In this document: piece by piece, positions 22,766 through 36,030 of the stretch
Layout: every line of letters begins with the position of its first letter
Position numbering within the stretch: position 1 is the stretch's first letter
DNA from: Octopus sinensis
Taxonomy: Eukaryota
Direction: 5' to 3'
NCBI RefSeq assembly: GCF_006345805.1
Contig: NC_043005.1
Coordinates: 27,156,001 to 27,220,000, forward strand
DNA length: 64,000 nt
Notes under the pieces: generated by a model
The model's input: the letters and a program-made list of their open reading frames with translations, nothing else
Told to the model about the DNA's origin: nothing
Databases searched by the model: none
Program-made: the position numbers and the translations under genes

Positions 22766-24305
22766 TTAAAGTATCAGTTAAGACAATGTTTCTTGAAGGT
22801 GAGGCTCTGTGAGTATTGAAAATAGAGACAAACAAATTGCCATGTTGAATGGTTGAAATGGCTTTTAGCTATTTTGTGTCCAGTAGCATAGTGAAGAAAG
22901 AATTGCATAGATACAAATTATATTTTGTGAATTTACTCTTTTACATGTTTCAGTAATTTGAATGTGGCCATGCTGGAGCACCGCCTTTAGTTGAAGAAAT
23001 CAACCCCAGGACTTATCATTTGTAAGCCGAGTACTTATTCTAGCGGTCTCTTTTGCCAAACCACTAAGATCTGGGGACATAAACACACCAACATCAGTTG
23101 TCTAGCGATGGTGGGAGGGAGGACAAAGACACACACACATAAATATATATACATATATATAAGACTGGCTTCTTTCAGTTTCCATCTACCAAATCCAATC
23201 ACATAGCTTTGGCCAGCCCAAGTCTATAGTAGAAGACACTTGCCCAAGGTACCACGTAGTGGGACTGAACCCCGAACCATGTGGTTGGGAAGGAAGCTTC
23301 TTACCACACAGCCACTCCTGCGCTTATTTGTTAATAAAGAGAGGTGGGGTGGGGAAAGGACAAACAATTCATTATTTTTGGTAGGGATGGGGAAGGGTTT
23401 TTTGGGTTTGTCAGTCTGAGAACCACAATACAAGAAAGCAAGGTTTCAATTCCTACTAGGTACTCATTTAAGTTTGCTTTTTATGTATAATTTTCAAATG
23501 AGAAACTGCCTTCAGTCTCAGAGTTTCTGGAAAGGATCACAAATATTCTTTCTCTGAATATGTCTTTTAAAAATAGGAAAACTCAACATAAGAATTTACA
23601 GACTTTAGAGAGAACATGAAATAATTTTTTCTAGAACAATGTATCTCGAAGCACCTAAAACTGTAAATAATAGTTTACAAAAACTGGGATCCACTATTGC
23701 AAACGAGGAAAATTTGAACCCCAATCAATCAAACCTGTGCTCAAAGATATTCCAGCCATGGCCATCTTGTTTATTCAAATATATCTAGGACTACATTATG
23801 TAATGTGTCCTAGAGGGTAAGTTTGTAGTTTGAGGGAGATCTAACTATTATTTCTAGCAGGTCATATGACCAATTAGAAGTTCCTGTGTTAGCTTATGTA
23901 CAGTAGTTGTTGCTGTTAGTTTGTTCCTGGCCAGTCTTGATTAAGCAGACACAATCAGAGGTAATCTGACCATGACCATCTCATCTGTAATGCATTTCAT
24001 TTATACTATATTTTTTCTAATGTGTTTTTCCTTTTTTAAAGGCCGTTGGGTATTATATGAGGGACATATGGTTGCTATTTCTAACAGATTGAGTCACCTT
24101 GTGGAGGCTCTATTGTTCTGTTGCTGCTTTGTGTGTGTGTGTGTGTGTGTGTGTTGTTAGTGATAGCAATATGTAATGTAGTTATTGATTGTTTAATACA
24201 CAGAAATATTGCTATAATTAATAAAATGTGATAAATGAAATACGAAAGCATTAAAACATTAATTAATTAATAATTAATGTCCTGAAATATTTTGTTAATT
24301 CACAG

Positions 24306-24372
24306 GCCAAACCACATGAAAGAATTGGTCAGAGAACTCTTGCTGAACAAGTGGTCTTGTTGGTACATGATG
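24306..24372 (+). CDS. YARS2: YARS2 exon 10 (AKPHERIGQRTLAEQVVLLVHD)
   Basis: cacag acceptor and gtgact donor. P..R..Q..LA..V..LVH motif. Confidence 0.92.
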
Positions 24373-25063
24373 GTGACTACAGTTCTTTACTTATTAAGTA
24401 CACACTTACACACACATGCACGTGCGCACGGGCGCACACACACACACACCACATACATTCACACACATCATCATCATTTTGAAGTCCACTTTTCCATGCT
24501 TTTATGGGTCACACAGATTTTCTATGGCCAGATGCCCTTCCTGTCATCAACCCTCACTTCTTTTCATGCAAGGTTACATTTCCCCATGGCCAGACATGTT
24601 TTCACAGCATATTGGGAATGAAGGACACTGCTTGTATGTTGGTGACACTCATTTACGACTAACATGCAACACACCGAGACCTCTGGAGATATGCTGCGAT
24701 TGAGAAGACCCGGTAAGTAAAGTGAGATCATAACTGTAGATCACCAGTGTTTCATAACCAGCCCATTTAAAAAGCACCTTTGAATTGTCAGGCAACATGC
24801 CATGCTTGAGGAGACTTATTGAGTCAAGTAAAATCAAAATCAAAAGATCAGAAATGAAATCACAATCAAATGGAAATTGTAGTTGTGGCTGTTAGCAGTG
24901 CTGGTGGCACGCAATAAGCACCATTTATACGTGGGTCGTTGCCAGAGCCATCTGACTGGCTCCCTGTGCCAGTTGCACGTAAAAAGTACCATCTGAACGT
25001 GGTCGATGCCAGCATGGAAAACGGATGTTAAATGATGATGATGATAATAACACACACACACAG

Positions 25064-25094
<31 letters not shown>

Positions 25095-26049
25095 ATGGGC
25101 TTCTTTCAGTTTCTTATTTCTTTACTGCCCACAAGGGGCCACACACAGAGGGGACAAACAAGGGCAGACAAAGGCATTAAGTCAACTACATCGACCCCAC
25201 TATGTAACTGGTACTTATTTAATTGACCTCAAAAGGATGAAAGGCAAAGTCAACCTCGGCAGAATTTGAACTCAGAATGTAGCGGCAGACGAAATACCAC
25301 TAAGCATTTCGCCTGGCGTGTTAATGTTTCTGCCTGCTCGCCACCTTTTTTTAGTTTCTGTCTACCAAATCTACTTCACAAAGCTTTGGTTAGCCCAAGG
25401 CTATAGTTGAAGAAACTTGCTCATGGTACGATGGGGGAAGGGGGTGCTGGATTTGGCAGAACTGTTAGAACATTGGGAAAAAATGCCTTGTGATATTTGT
25501 TCCAGCTCTTAATATTCCGAGTTCAAATCCAGCCACGGTCAGTTTTGTCTTTCATTCCTATGGGGGATGGTGGGGGTCAATAAAATGTAATACATTTAGT
25601 CGGGCCAATGATATCAACTAACCCCCTGCCCCACTACCTCCTCTCAAGTCTTCTGGTTTGTGCCTAAAGTGGTAACCACCACCATCTTCATCATCATCAT
25701 CCTTTAATGTCCATTGTCCATGCTGGCATGGGTTGGACAGTTTGACTAGAGTTTCCAAGCTGGGGAGCTGTACCAGACTCCGGTCTCATTTGGCATGGTT
25801 TCTACAGCTGGATGCCCTTCCTAATGCCAACCACTCCACAGAGTGTAATGGATGCTTTTACATGGTGGTGATGGTGGTGGTGGTGGCACTTAGTGGCATT
25901 CTGTCCAATTTTTACTTTCTGTGTTCAAATGTTGCCGAGATCGACTTTGCCTTTCATCCTTTTGAGGACAATAAAATAAGTAACAGCTGAGCACTGTGGG
26001 GCGGTTTCGATGTAATCAACTCATTCCATCCCTCGAAATTGCTGGCCTT

Positions 26050-27020
26050 GTGCCTCAAGGTTCAGTGCTTGGGCCCTTGTTGTTCTTAGTCTTCATAAAT
26101 GACTTGCCCGACGACCTCACGCAACACACCCTTCTATTTGCCGACGATATCAAACTGGTCGCTCCTCGCGGTAATATAGAGGATCTTCGTCGATGCCTCC
26201 ACCAAATTTGGAAGTGGTCTAACGATTGGGACCTGTGTCTGAACGTGTCAAAGTGCTGTCATCTGCCTGTCGGCTCTACTCCTGCAACTCAACTTGATTT
26301 CGAGCTGGGTCGTCTGCTGCTGGAGAGGACCGATCAGGTAAAGGACCTAGGTATCTTGGTGGATTCCTCCTTTTCGCCTTCGGCCCAGTGCGTCCATGCT
26401 GCCAACAAAGCACGCGGAATTCTGTTCTTGATTCGACGGTCATTCGGAATGCTCACAGCAGCCATATTCCTACCACTCTATGTCACGCTGGTGAGACCCA
26501 TATTGGAGTATGGGATTCAAGCCTCTTCTCCTTATCTCCTCAAAGACATACAGCATCTCGAAAGAGTCCAGAAGCTGGCTACCTGCATGGTTCATGGTCT
26601 CAAAAATTTGTCCTACGAAGAAAGGCTGAGGACGCTCGACCTTTATTCTCTTGAAAAACGCCGCCGCCGTAGTGATCTCATTCTCGCCCACAACATCATA
26701 AGCGGAAAGTGTAACCTCTCGAAAGAGCTGTTCTTCACTCCTGCTCCAGAGCGTCGGCTGCGGGGTCATTCCGAAAAGCTCTACCTGCAACGATTTCATC
26801 TCAATCGAAGGAGAGGAGCTTTCTCCGTCCGGGTTGCGGATCCGTGGAACAAGCTGCCAGACGAGATGGTAAAGATGCCGACGACCGCTTTGTTCAAAGC
26901 CTCCCTGGACCTCAAGTGGCCTGAACTCTTTACATGAACACCACCCTGTACTTAACTCCATGTCCCCCTACATGGCCTTGCTATTTGCTTTTGAGCCAAA
27001 TTAACTAACTAACTAACTAA
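26050..27020 (+). mobile_element. 5'-truncated CR1/L2-like LINE with uninterrupted RT C-terminal ORF and (TAAC)n tail
   Basis: VPQGSVLGPLLFLVFINDL, LFADDIKL, RPILEY, RGHSEKL, stop at 26937, short 3'UTR, TTAACTAACTAACTAACTAA. Confidence 0.92.
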
Positions 27021-27308
27021 CATATTTGAAACTATTATTATTATTATTGTTATTATTCACCAGTTAATGTCCATTGTCCTTGCTGGCATGGATTGGAAGG
27101 TTTGACCAGAGTTGGCAAGCTGGGGATCTGCACCAGACACTGGTCTGATTTGACATGGTTTCTATGGCTGGATGCCCTTCCTAATGCCAACCTGCCAACC
27201 ACTCCACAGAGTGTAATGGGTGCTTTTACGTGGCTTTTACTTTTTCCTAGATTCCAAACACAGCGGAAAGTCGAATAAACATTTGTATTATATTTGGAAT
27301 ATTTGTAG

Positions 27309-27497
27309 AATCTGGTTTAAAGATGGCCAAACGCTGGACAGAAGCCTTCTTCACCAATAACACAGATGTTCTTAGCAGACTCTCAGAATCTGAAATAACC
27401 GAACTCTTTCGAAGTGCAGCCACATGTCGCATGTTGTTGGAACCAGGAATGACAGTTCTGGAGACGTGTATGAAAGCCAACTGTTTTGACCGGGAAG
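27309..27497 (+). CDS. YARS2: YARS2 exon 11 (SGLKMAKRWTEAFF...LEPGMTVLETCMKANCFDRE)
   Basis: tttgtag acceptor, gttagt donor, phases 1/1. Matches the TyrRS anticodon-binding region (GL..AKR.T.A; PG..VL..C.KA). Confidence 0.93.
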
Positions 27498-27805
27498 GTT
27501 AGTTGCTTTTTATCATCATCATCATCATCATCATCATCAGTGTTATTGTCATCATTGTCCTCCTCATCATCATTATTGTCATCATGATTGTTGCACTTGT
27601 CATCATCACCATTGATGTCATCGCTGTCATCATTATGATCATCAGAACAAACACCTGGATCATTATTGTCTGTGCCACTTACTCCAGCCTCTTCATCATC
27701 ATTTCTAATTTCAATACTGTCATCACTGCAACTGCCAGCATCATCATCATCATCATTATCATAATCTTGGCAGACTCTCAGAATCTGAAATAACCGAACT
27801 CTTTC

Positions 27806-28045
27806 AAAATGACTCGTAAAAGCACCATCCGTTTGTGGCCATTTGCCAGCTCTGTCTGGCACCTGTGCAGGTGGCACGTAAAAAGCACCCACTACACTCA
27901 CGGAGTGGTTGGCGTTAGGAAGGGCATCCAGCCGTAGAAACACTGCCAGATCTGACTGGAGCCTGATGCAGCCTTCTGGCTTCACAGACCCCAGTTGAAC
28001 CGTCTAACCAATGCTAGCATGGAAAGCGGACGCTAAATGATGAGG
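27806..28045 (+). mobile_element. 5'-truncated RTE-type 3' end
   Basis: Same conserved block and (TGA)n tail as the other copies. Confidence 0.75.
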
Positions 28046-30746
28046 ATGATGATGATGATGATCTTCACTACCAACACTACCACCATATCATTACCACCAC
28101 CACCACCACCACCACTGCCACTGCCACCCTCATTGCCACTGTTGCCATATTTTGGCAGCTTTGTGCTTTCTCAGTTGCCTTGACATTATCTTGCCAGTTG
28201 CTATTTTGAATGAGAACAGGACAGTGTCTGATGTGTATACAGCTCTTCTTCACTATTTAAAAAAAAAAAAAATCTTCGTTTTTGTCTTGCCTCTGTCTGT
28301 CTTAGCTGCTTGGTCATCAACACCACCATCACAACTTTCTATCACCACCAGTTTCTGTACATTTTCCATACCAGCTGCATTGGATGGGTTCTCATAGTCT
28401 ACTTCTCATTGTCGGTTCTCAGTCTGTTTCATTTGTCGTTGCTACTTCCCTAGATGAGTCACGGGACTATTTCTCACTCATGTATTTCATTTCTCACACG
28501 TTTCATGATTTCCTGTGGCTTGATGTGTTTTCTCTTGTTTAATCACTTTACAACGTTTTTCTGGGTATTTTTTATTGCAGAACCGGCACTAGAGAAGTTG
28601 TCATGTCCCCGACAAAGCTAAAGCGAGGTACCTCTTGACCCTTTGTCATCTGCACTAGTTTCTCAACCATTTTACAGAATATACTGGATGCCGTTTGTCA
28701 TGGCACCAGCACCAATGAAGTTATCTTGTACCTATTTCTTTACTACCCACAAGGGGCTAAACACAGAGAGGACAAGCAAGGACAGACAAACGGATTAAGT
28801 CGATTATATCGACCCCAGTGCGTAACTGGTACTTAATTTATCGACCCCGAAAGGATGAAAGGCAAAGTCGACCTCGGCGGAATTTGAACTCAGAACAGAG
28901 TGGCAAACGAAATACTGTTAAGCATTTTGCCCGGCGTGCTAACGTTTCTGCCAGCTCTCCGCCTTATCTTGTACCGCATTAGACTAAGAAGGCATGACAT
29001 GAGAACACGAATAGGAAAGAGACTGAGGTGAGAGGAAGAGTCAGGAAGGAGTGACAATATGATGGATGGACAGAATAATGAGGTGGGGAGAGAGAGATGA
29101 ACAGTAATGGAGGTAGACAGTGGTAAGACTGAGTGATAAAGGAATGTGTTGGGTATAAACAGATTCAATGGAATCTATTAAAAATAAGCCAAGTCTTTGT
29201 GGTGGATGAAATAAGGATGATGGTGGTGGGGATTGGATACTTACAGCTGCAATATAATTCCTTGTTACTGTGTATGTGTGTGAGAGAGGGAGAGAAAGAG
29301 ATGGGAAGGTCAGACAAAGCCAGTGCCATCTGTAGTTTCACAAGGCAGTATGGTACAGTGAATGGGTGAAATTTATTGCCATCATCCATGCCGGTGACAC
29401 GTAAAAAGCACCATCCAATCATGGTCGATGCCAGCTCCTCTGGCCCCTGTGTTGGTGGCATGTAAAAAGCACCCACTTCACTCTCATAGTGGTTGGCATT
29501 GGAAGGGCATCCAGCTGTAGAAACACTGCTAGATCAGATTGGGGTCTGGTGCAGCCTCCTAGCTTCCCAGACCCCAGTCGAACCGTCCAACTCATGCCAG
29601 CATGGAAAACGGACGTTAAACGATGATGATGATCTCTCGTTTCATTAACAACATAATACAGTGGATAGAAAGAAAGAGAGGAACAGTGTTTCATGTGTGT
29701 GTATATATATAGGTGCAGGAGTGGCTGCGTGGTAAGTAGCTTGCTTACCAACCACATGGTTCTGGGTAGAGTCCAACTGCATGGCACCTTGGGCAAGTGT
29801 CTTCTACTATAGCCTCGGGCTGACCAAAGTCTTGTGAATGAATTTGGTAGGCAAAAACTGAAAGAAGCCTGTCGTACATATGTGTGTGTGTATATATATA
29901 TATATATGTATGTATGTGTTTGTCACCCCACCATCATTTGACAATCGATGTTAGTGTGTTTACGTCCCCATAACTTAGTGGTTTGGCAAAAGAGACTAAT
30001 AGAATAAGTACTAGGCTTACAAAGAATAAGTCCTGCGGTCGATTTGCTCGACTAAAGGCAGTGCTCCAGCATGGCCGCAGTCAAATGACTGAAACAAGTA
30101 AAAGAGTATATGTATGTATTTGAGGGAGATGAGATGGGAAGGAGGAGAGAAGATGAGAGAATATCAAAAAGCAGGTGAGGTAGTGGATGTAGATACACTT
30201 TACTGAGACTAGGCTTCTGCACAGTTTCTATCTACTAAATTCCACTCATCATCATATTGATCATATCATGGCTGTGTCATAAGACCCTTCCCCAAAGTGT
30301 TACAGGTGGAATAAAACCCCAAAAGCACCTGGGTACTTCAACACAAGCAGCTTAACTATTCAGCCATATCTGGTAGCATAAACAATTTTTTTCTTTTCAT
30401 CCCAACCTCTGCTTGGCAGAAAAAGGAAAATTTGATCTCTTAACAGGGTTTAAACTAAGAACATGAAGGGCCATAAGTAAATACCACCAGGCATTTTCTT
30501 TGTTGCTCTTATTCAACCATTCTTATTAATATCACAACCTAATATATCTCTCTTCCTTTACTTGTTTTCAGTCATTTTGATTGCAGCCATGCTGGAGCAC
30601 CGCCTTTAGTCGAGCAAATCGACCCCAGGACTTATTCTTTGTAAGCCCAGTACTTATTCTATCAGTCTCTTTTGCCGAACTGCTAAGTGACGGGGACGTA
30701 AACACACCAGAATCGGTTGTCAAGCAATGCACAGACACACAAACAT

Positions 30747-30788
<42 letters not shown>

Positions 30789-31769
30789 TATATATACATA
30801 TATACAACAGGCTTCTTTCAGTTTCCGTCTACCAAATCCACTCACAAGGCATTGGTCGGCCCGGGGCTATAGCAGAAGACACTTGCCCAAGATGCCACGC
30901 AGTGGGACTGAACCCGGAACCATGTGGTTGGTTAGCAAGCTACTTACCACACAGCCACTCGTTAATAAAAGAAATCTATGTGTATATATATGTATAAATG
31001 TATGTATGTATATGTGTGTGTGTGTGTATACACACTCACACACACACACACACAGTGATACCTCGCAGTATGAGTTTAATTCGTTGCATGACCGAGCTCG
31101 TTTTACGATTTACTCAATTCACAAATCAATTTACCCCATTGAAATTAACTAAAATATAATTAATCCGTTCCAGCTCCACCAAAACCACTCAAATATAATT
31201 TTTTATGGGTTTTGAAACAGAATAGGTGTAGTTACAAGTAAAATGACAATTATAAAAAAGGGAATGCAAAAGAAATATCTAAACTGGTTTTATTAACTGA
31301 ATTACCTTAAAGATGGGACGATTTGTGTACTCGTACTGCGGATTACCGCTCGTACTTCAAGACAAAAATTCACACAAGTCTCGGCTCCTACGGCAAATTA
31401 CTCGTAAAATGGGGCACTCGTACTGTATATTGATAAGTCTCTTGTCTAAAAATAAACAGTTGATTTTAGAAATCACTACGCAAGAGTTACCTCCCTTGAA
31501 ATATATGCTCCCTTTATAAATTCGCCATCCTCTCCTTTATTTACTCAGCTTATTTCTCGACAATATTCTTGATTAATTTATGCTATATTTCCACTTGCAG
31601 ATTGTGTGTGTGTTTGACCTGGATAGTTAGCCAAGTAATATAGAAAAGTGTAATACCCAGTGACTGGTGTTGCAGTATAATTGTAAACTGCTATAAAAAC
31701 AAAACGAGATGCCTTCGAGAGAGGCATCAAACTCCTAGTTCAGGCTCTCAAAGTCATGGAGAGAGTCCT

Positions 31770-32420
31770 AGCACAATTACAGTTTGGTTCTGTGTTTGGG
31801 AGAAGTACCTCAGATGTAATCTGCTGGTGAGGCGACTGTGGGAGAAATACGTGGCTGAGAGTAAACCGTTATTTCTGGCTTTTGTTGATTTGGAAAAGGT
31901 CTTTGACAGTGTATCACATACAATAATCTGGTGTGTCACATACAACAATCTTGTGATGAATGGTTTGTGAGAAATATACAAGCCTTGTACAAAAAGATGC
32001 AGTAAGTAAATGACCTCAGTAAGTAAATGACCTCAGTTATGAATTTAGCAAGAGAGTTGGAGTCCATCAAAGCTCAATTTTGTCTTCTCCTATTCATCAA
32101 AGTCCTACAGACCATCCCAGAAGAGTTGTCCATGGGAATTCTTATATACTGTAGTTCAATCTACAGGGGAATTAGAGAGGAAATTCTGGGCATGGATGCT
32201 AAAGCTAGAATTTAGAAGTCTTAAGGTAAACTTTGCAAAGACTAAGGTTTCGGTGAACAGGAAAGAAGACAGGGCTTGGATATCATGAGGGTATCATCAG
32301 GAAAATGGCTTAACTTGATATGCTGAGAAGCAGATTGATGGACACACAAACAAAGTGTTGTAAACTTGTAGCAGACTAACAAACAAAAAAAAACCCATAT
32401 GTGACAGATGCTCTGGAGTA
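31770..32420 (+). mobile_element. Degenerate RTE RT fragment
   Basis: FVDLEKVFDSVSH, and LSPLLFIKVL-like pieces with stops and frameshifts. Confidence 0.55.
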
Positions 32421-34261
32421 GTGCATACTACGAACACACTGGAACTAGATTTTATTAAACCATTAACACCCAAATTTCTTCATCCATATTTTTTGCCTTT
32501 GCCAGGTGTCTTAGGAGTTAAAATAATATTTGGTATTCAAATTTTCTTCATATGTGAATTATTTTGGAAATTATGGTAAATTTTTCGAAAAGCCCCAAAT
32601 GGGGTGGGGTCGCTGAAAACAAGCATATTTATCCTTTTCTATCCAATTGCAATAATAAACATATTAGTTATTTTGAAACTATAGAATGAAATGCGAATGT
32701 AATATCAATGAATGATACAGATGGGAAATGCAAAACAAAAAAAAAGTTATCAAAAGAGTCAATAATTTTGTAGTTCAAAAATTGCAATTTATGACATAAA
32801 ATGTCCACTAGAAAGAGCCAGAACTAATAAAGACAAATTTTAACTCCTAAATATTCTTTTCTACTCTAGGCATAAGGTCTGAAATTTTTGGGGGAAGGAG
32901 GCCAGTCGATTAGATTGACCCCAGCACGCAACTGGTATTTAATTTATCGATTCTGAAAGGATCAAAGCAAAGTCAACCTCAGCAGAATTTGAACTCAGAA
33001 TGTAAAGATAGAAGAAATACCGCTAAGCATTTCACCCAATGTGCTAACAGTTCTGCCAGCTCGCCACCTTTTTTAATTACTAAATATTGTTAAACACACC
33101 TCTGCAAATGCAATGTACTTTAGCTATTCACTTTAAATACAAGGAACAACCAGCAGTGAGACTGTTTTTAGCAGATCCCCAAATGGGGCTCACGGCAGGC
33201 AAGGGGTTAAATGTTCAGATGGCCACTAGAAGTAGTTGAGGCCTGGCTCTCTGTTGGTTATGGTGATGAGTGTTCCAGTTGCTAAAATCAACCAAATACC
33301 CTTCTAGTGAAATTAACATGCAAGTGGCTGAGCACTCCATAGACACACGTACCCTTAACATAGTTCTCAGGGAGATTTGGCATGACAGAGAATGTTCAAG
33401 GCTGGTCCATTTTGAATTACAGGTATAACTCATTTTTACCAGCTGAATGGACTGAAGCAATGAGAAATAAAATGTCTTGCTCAAGGGCATAACATGCTGC
33501 TGGGAATTGAACTCTCAACCCTGCAATCATGAGCTGAATGCTCTAGCTACTAAGCCACACTTGTCAGCCAGGAGATAGGATTAGCAAATTCCACCAGAAG
33601 AAGACTCCGTTGATACAAGGATCAGCTGAAGCAAAACCTAAAACTGACTGGAATCGATCCCAAAACTTGGTGCATTGAAGCTCAGGACAATTGGATCATT
33701 TTGAAGCTGAACGACTGAGGGAAGAGGAAGAGAAACAACAAGAAAGAAAATGGAGGCTGCAACAAGCAAAGCCTCCACAACTTTGCAACTGATGCTTCCC
33801 TGCATGAATCGGCCTCGTTAGTGATCAGAGGCATAAACATGGACAGAGAAGAAGTGGTCAAAAAGAAACAAAATAAATTTCTGGACACATGAAAAAACAC
33901 CACCGATGATAATAATTACCAGGGAAGGTGGTGATTCTGAATGTATAGCAGCCAAGATAAGAAGAGATTGAGAAAGTTCAGAAAATTCTTGCTGCTGTTG
34001 TTTCTTACAAAGGTTTTTTTGCCCTCAAAGTGAGAAGTAGATTGTCTGATGCTACAAAAGACCTGTTTACCCATGGAAGAATAACCCCTAACACAAGGCT
34101 AGTCATTATCTGGGCATAGAAACTGTGTCAAAACAGACATTGGGGTTCGGTGCAGTCCTCTGACTTGTCAGCTCCTGTTGAACCATCCAACCCATACCAG
34201 CATAGAAAATGAATGCTAAATGGTGGTGGTGATGATGATGATGATTGTGTGTGTGTCTCTC

Positions 34262-34312
<51 letters not shown>

Positions 34313-34919
34313 GCTGTGTGGTAAGAAGCTTGCTTACCAACCACATGGTTCCAGGTTCAGTCCTGCTGCATAGCACCTTGGGCACGTGTCTTCTACTATA
34401 GCCTCATGCCAAACAAAACTTTGTGAGTGGATCCAGTAGATAGAAACAGAAAAAGTCCATTGTAAAAAGCACCCACTACACTCACGGAGTGGTTGGCGTT
34501 AGGAAGGGCATCCAGCCGTAGAAACACTGCCAGATCAGACTGGGCCTGATGCAGCCTTCTGGCTTCACAGACCCCAGTTGAACCGTCCAACCCATGCTAG
34601 CGTGGAAAGCAGACGCTAAATGATGATGATATACATACATATATATATATATATATGTTTGTGTGTCTGTGTTTGTCCCACCACTGTCACTTAACAATCA
34701 ATGTTGGTGTGTTTACATTCCTGTAACTTAATGTTTTGGCAAAAGAGACCAATAGAATAAGTACTAGACTTACAAAGAATAAGTCCTGAAGTCGATTTGT
34801 CTGACTAAAGCAGTGCTCCAGCATGGCCACAGTCAAATAACTGAAACAATTAAAAGAATATACACACACAGGTCAGGTTTTTTTTACCATTTCCATTTAC
34901 CAAATTCTCGGTGGCACTA

Positions 34920-35883
34920 TCAATGGAAACAGTAGTTGTGATACCTGTGCCGGTGACACATAAAAAGCACCATCCGAACGGCTGTTGCCAGTGCAGCCTC
35001 CACTGGCTTCTGTGCCGGTGGCACATAAAAAGCACCATCCGAACGTGACCGATGCCAATCCCGCCTCGAATAAAAAGCACCAACCGCACATAAAAAGCAC
35101 CAACCGATCGTGGGATCCCGGAACATCTCGCTGTGCTTGAGGAGACCTGTTGAGTCAAGTGCATGTACATGAACTTCGAACCAAATATCAATGGAAACAG
35201 TAGTTGTGATATCTGTGCCGGTGACACATAAAAAGCACCATCCGAACGTGGCCGTTGCCAGTGCAGCCTCCACTGGCTTCTGTACAGGTGGCACATAGAA
35301 AGCACCATCTGAACGGTTTCTGTCCCGGTGGCACATAAAAAGCACCATCCGAACGTGGCCGATGCCAGCACCGCCCCGACTGGCTTCTGTGCCGGTGACA
35401 CATAAAAAGCACCATCCGAATGTGACCGTTGCCAGTGCAGCCTCCACTGGCTTCTGTGCCGGTGGCACATAAAAAGCACCATCCGAACGTGACCGATACC
35501 AACCCCGCCTCGAATGGCTTCTGTGCCGGTGGCACATGAACATCGAACCAAATATCAATGGAAACAGTAGCTGTGATACCTGTGCCGGTGACACATAAAA
35601 AGCACCATCCGAACGTGACCATTGCCAGTGCAGCCTCCACTGGCTTTTGTGCTGGTGGCACATAAAAAGCACCATCCGAACGTGACCGATGCCAGACCCC
35701 TCTGGCACCTGTGCAGGTGGCATGTAAAAAGCACCCACTACACTCGCGGAGTGGTTGGCGTTAGGAAGGGCATCCAGCTGTAGAAACACTGCCAGATCAG
35801 ACTGGAGCCTGGGGCAACCCCTGGCTTCCCAGACCCCGGTCGAACCGTCCAACCCGTGTTAGCGCGGAAAACGGACGTTAAAC

Positions 35884-35915
<32 letters not shown>
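34920..35915 (+). mobile_element. RTE-type 3' end with greatly expanded internal VNTR
   Basis: About a dozen CACATAAAAAGCACCATCCGAACG units, then the conserved 3' block and (GAT)n tail at 35883-35916. Confidence 0.8.
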
Positions 35916-35919
<4 letters not shown>

Positions 35920-35989
35920 ATTCATAGAAGCAGATATTTTGTGGCTGGATGCTCATTTACAGCTGTTGCAATATGTCAAGAGAAGGACA

Positions 35990-36030
<41 letters not shown>

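Noticed and set aside
27383-27985. 200-aa Asp-rich minus-strand ORF
   Set aside because: It spans an RTE end, a trinucleotide tract and the antisense of YARS2 exon 11.
32463-33209. Possible larger piggyBac-like element ending GGGG|TTAA
   Set aside because: Only the right end is convincing. The left end is degenerate and interrupted by a SINE.
34850-35852. Long minus-strand ORFs (310, 233, 157 aa)
   Set aside because: They are translations of the RTE 3'UTR tandem repeat. The same peptide phrases recur in every repeat copy in the window.
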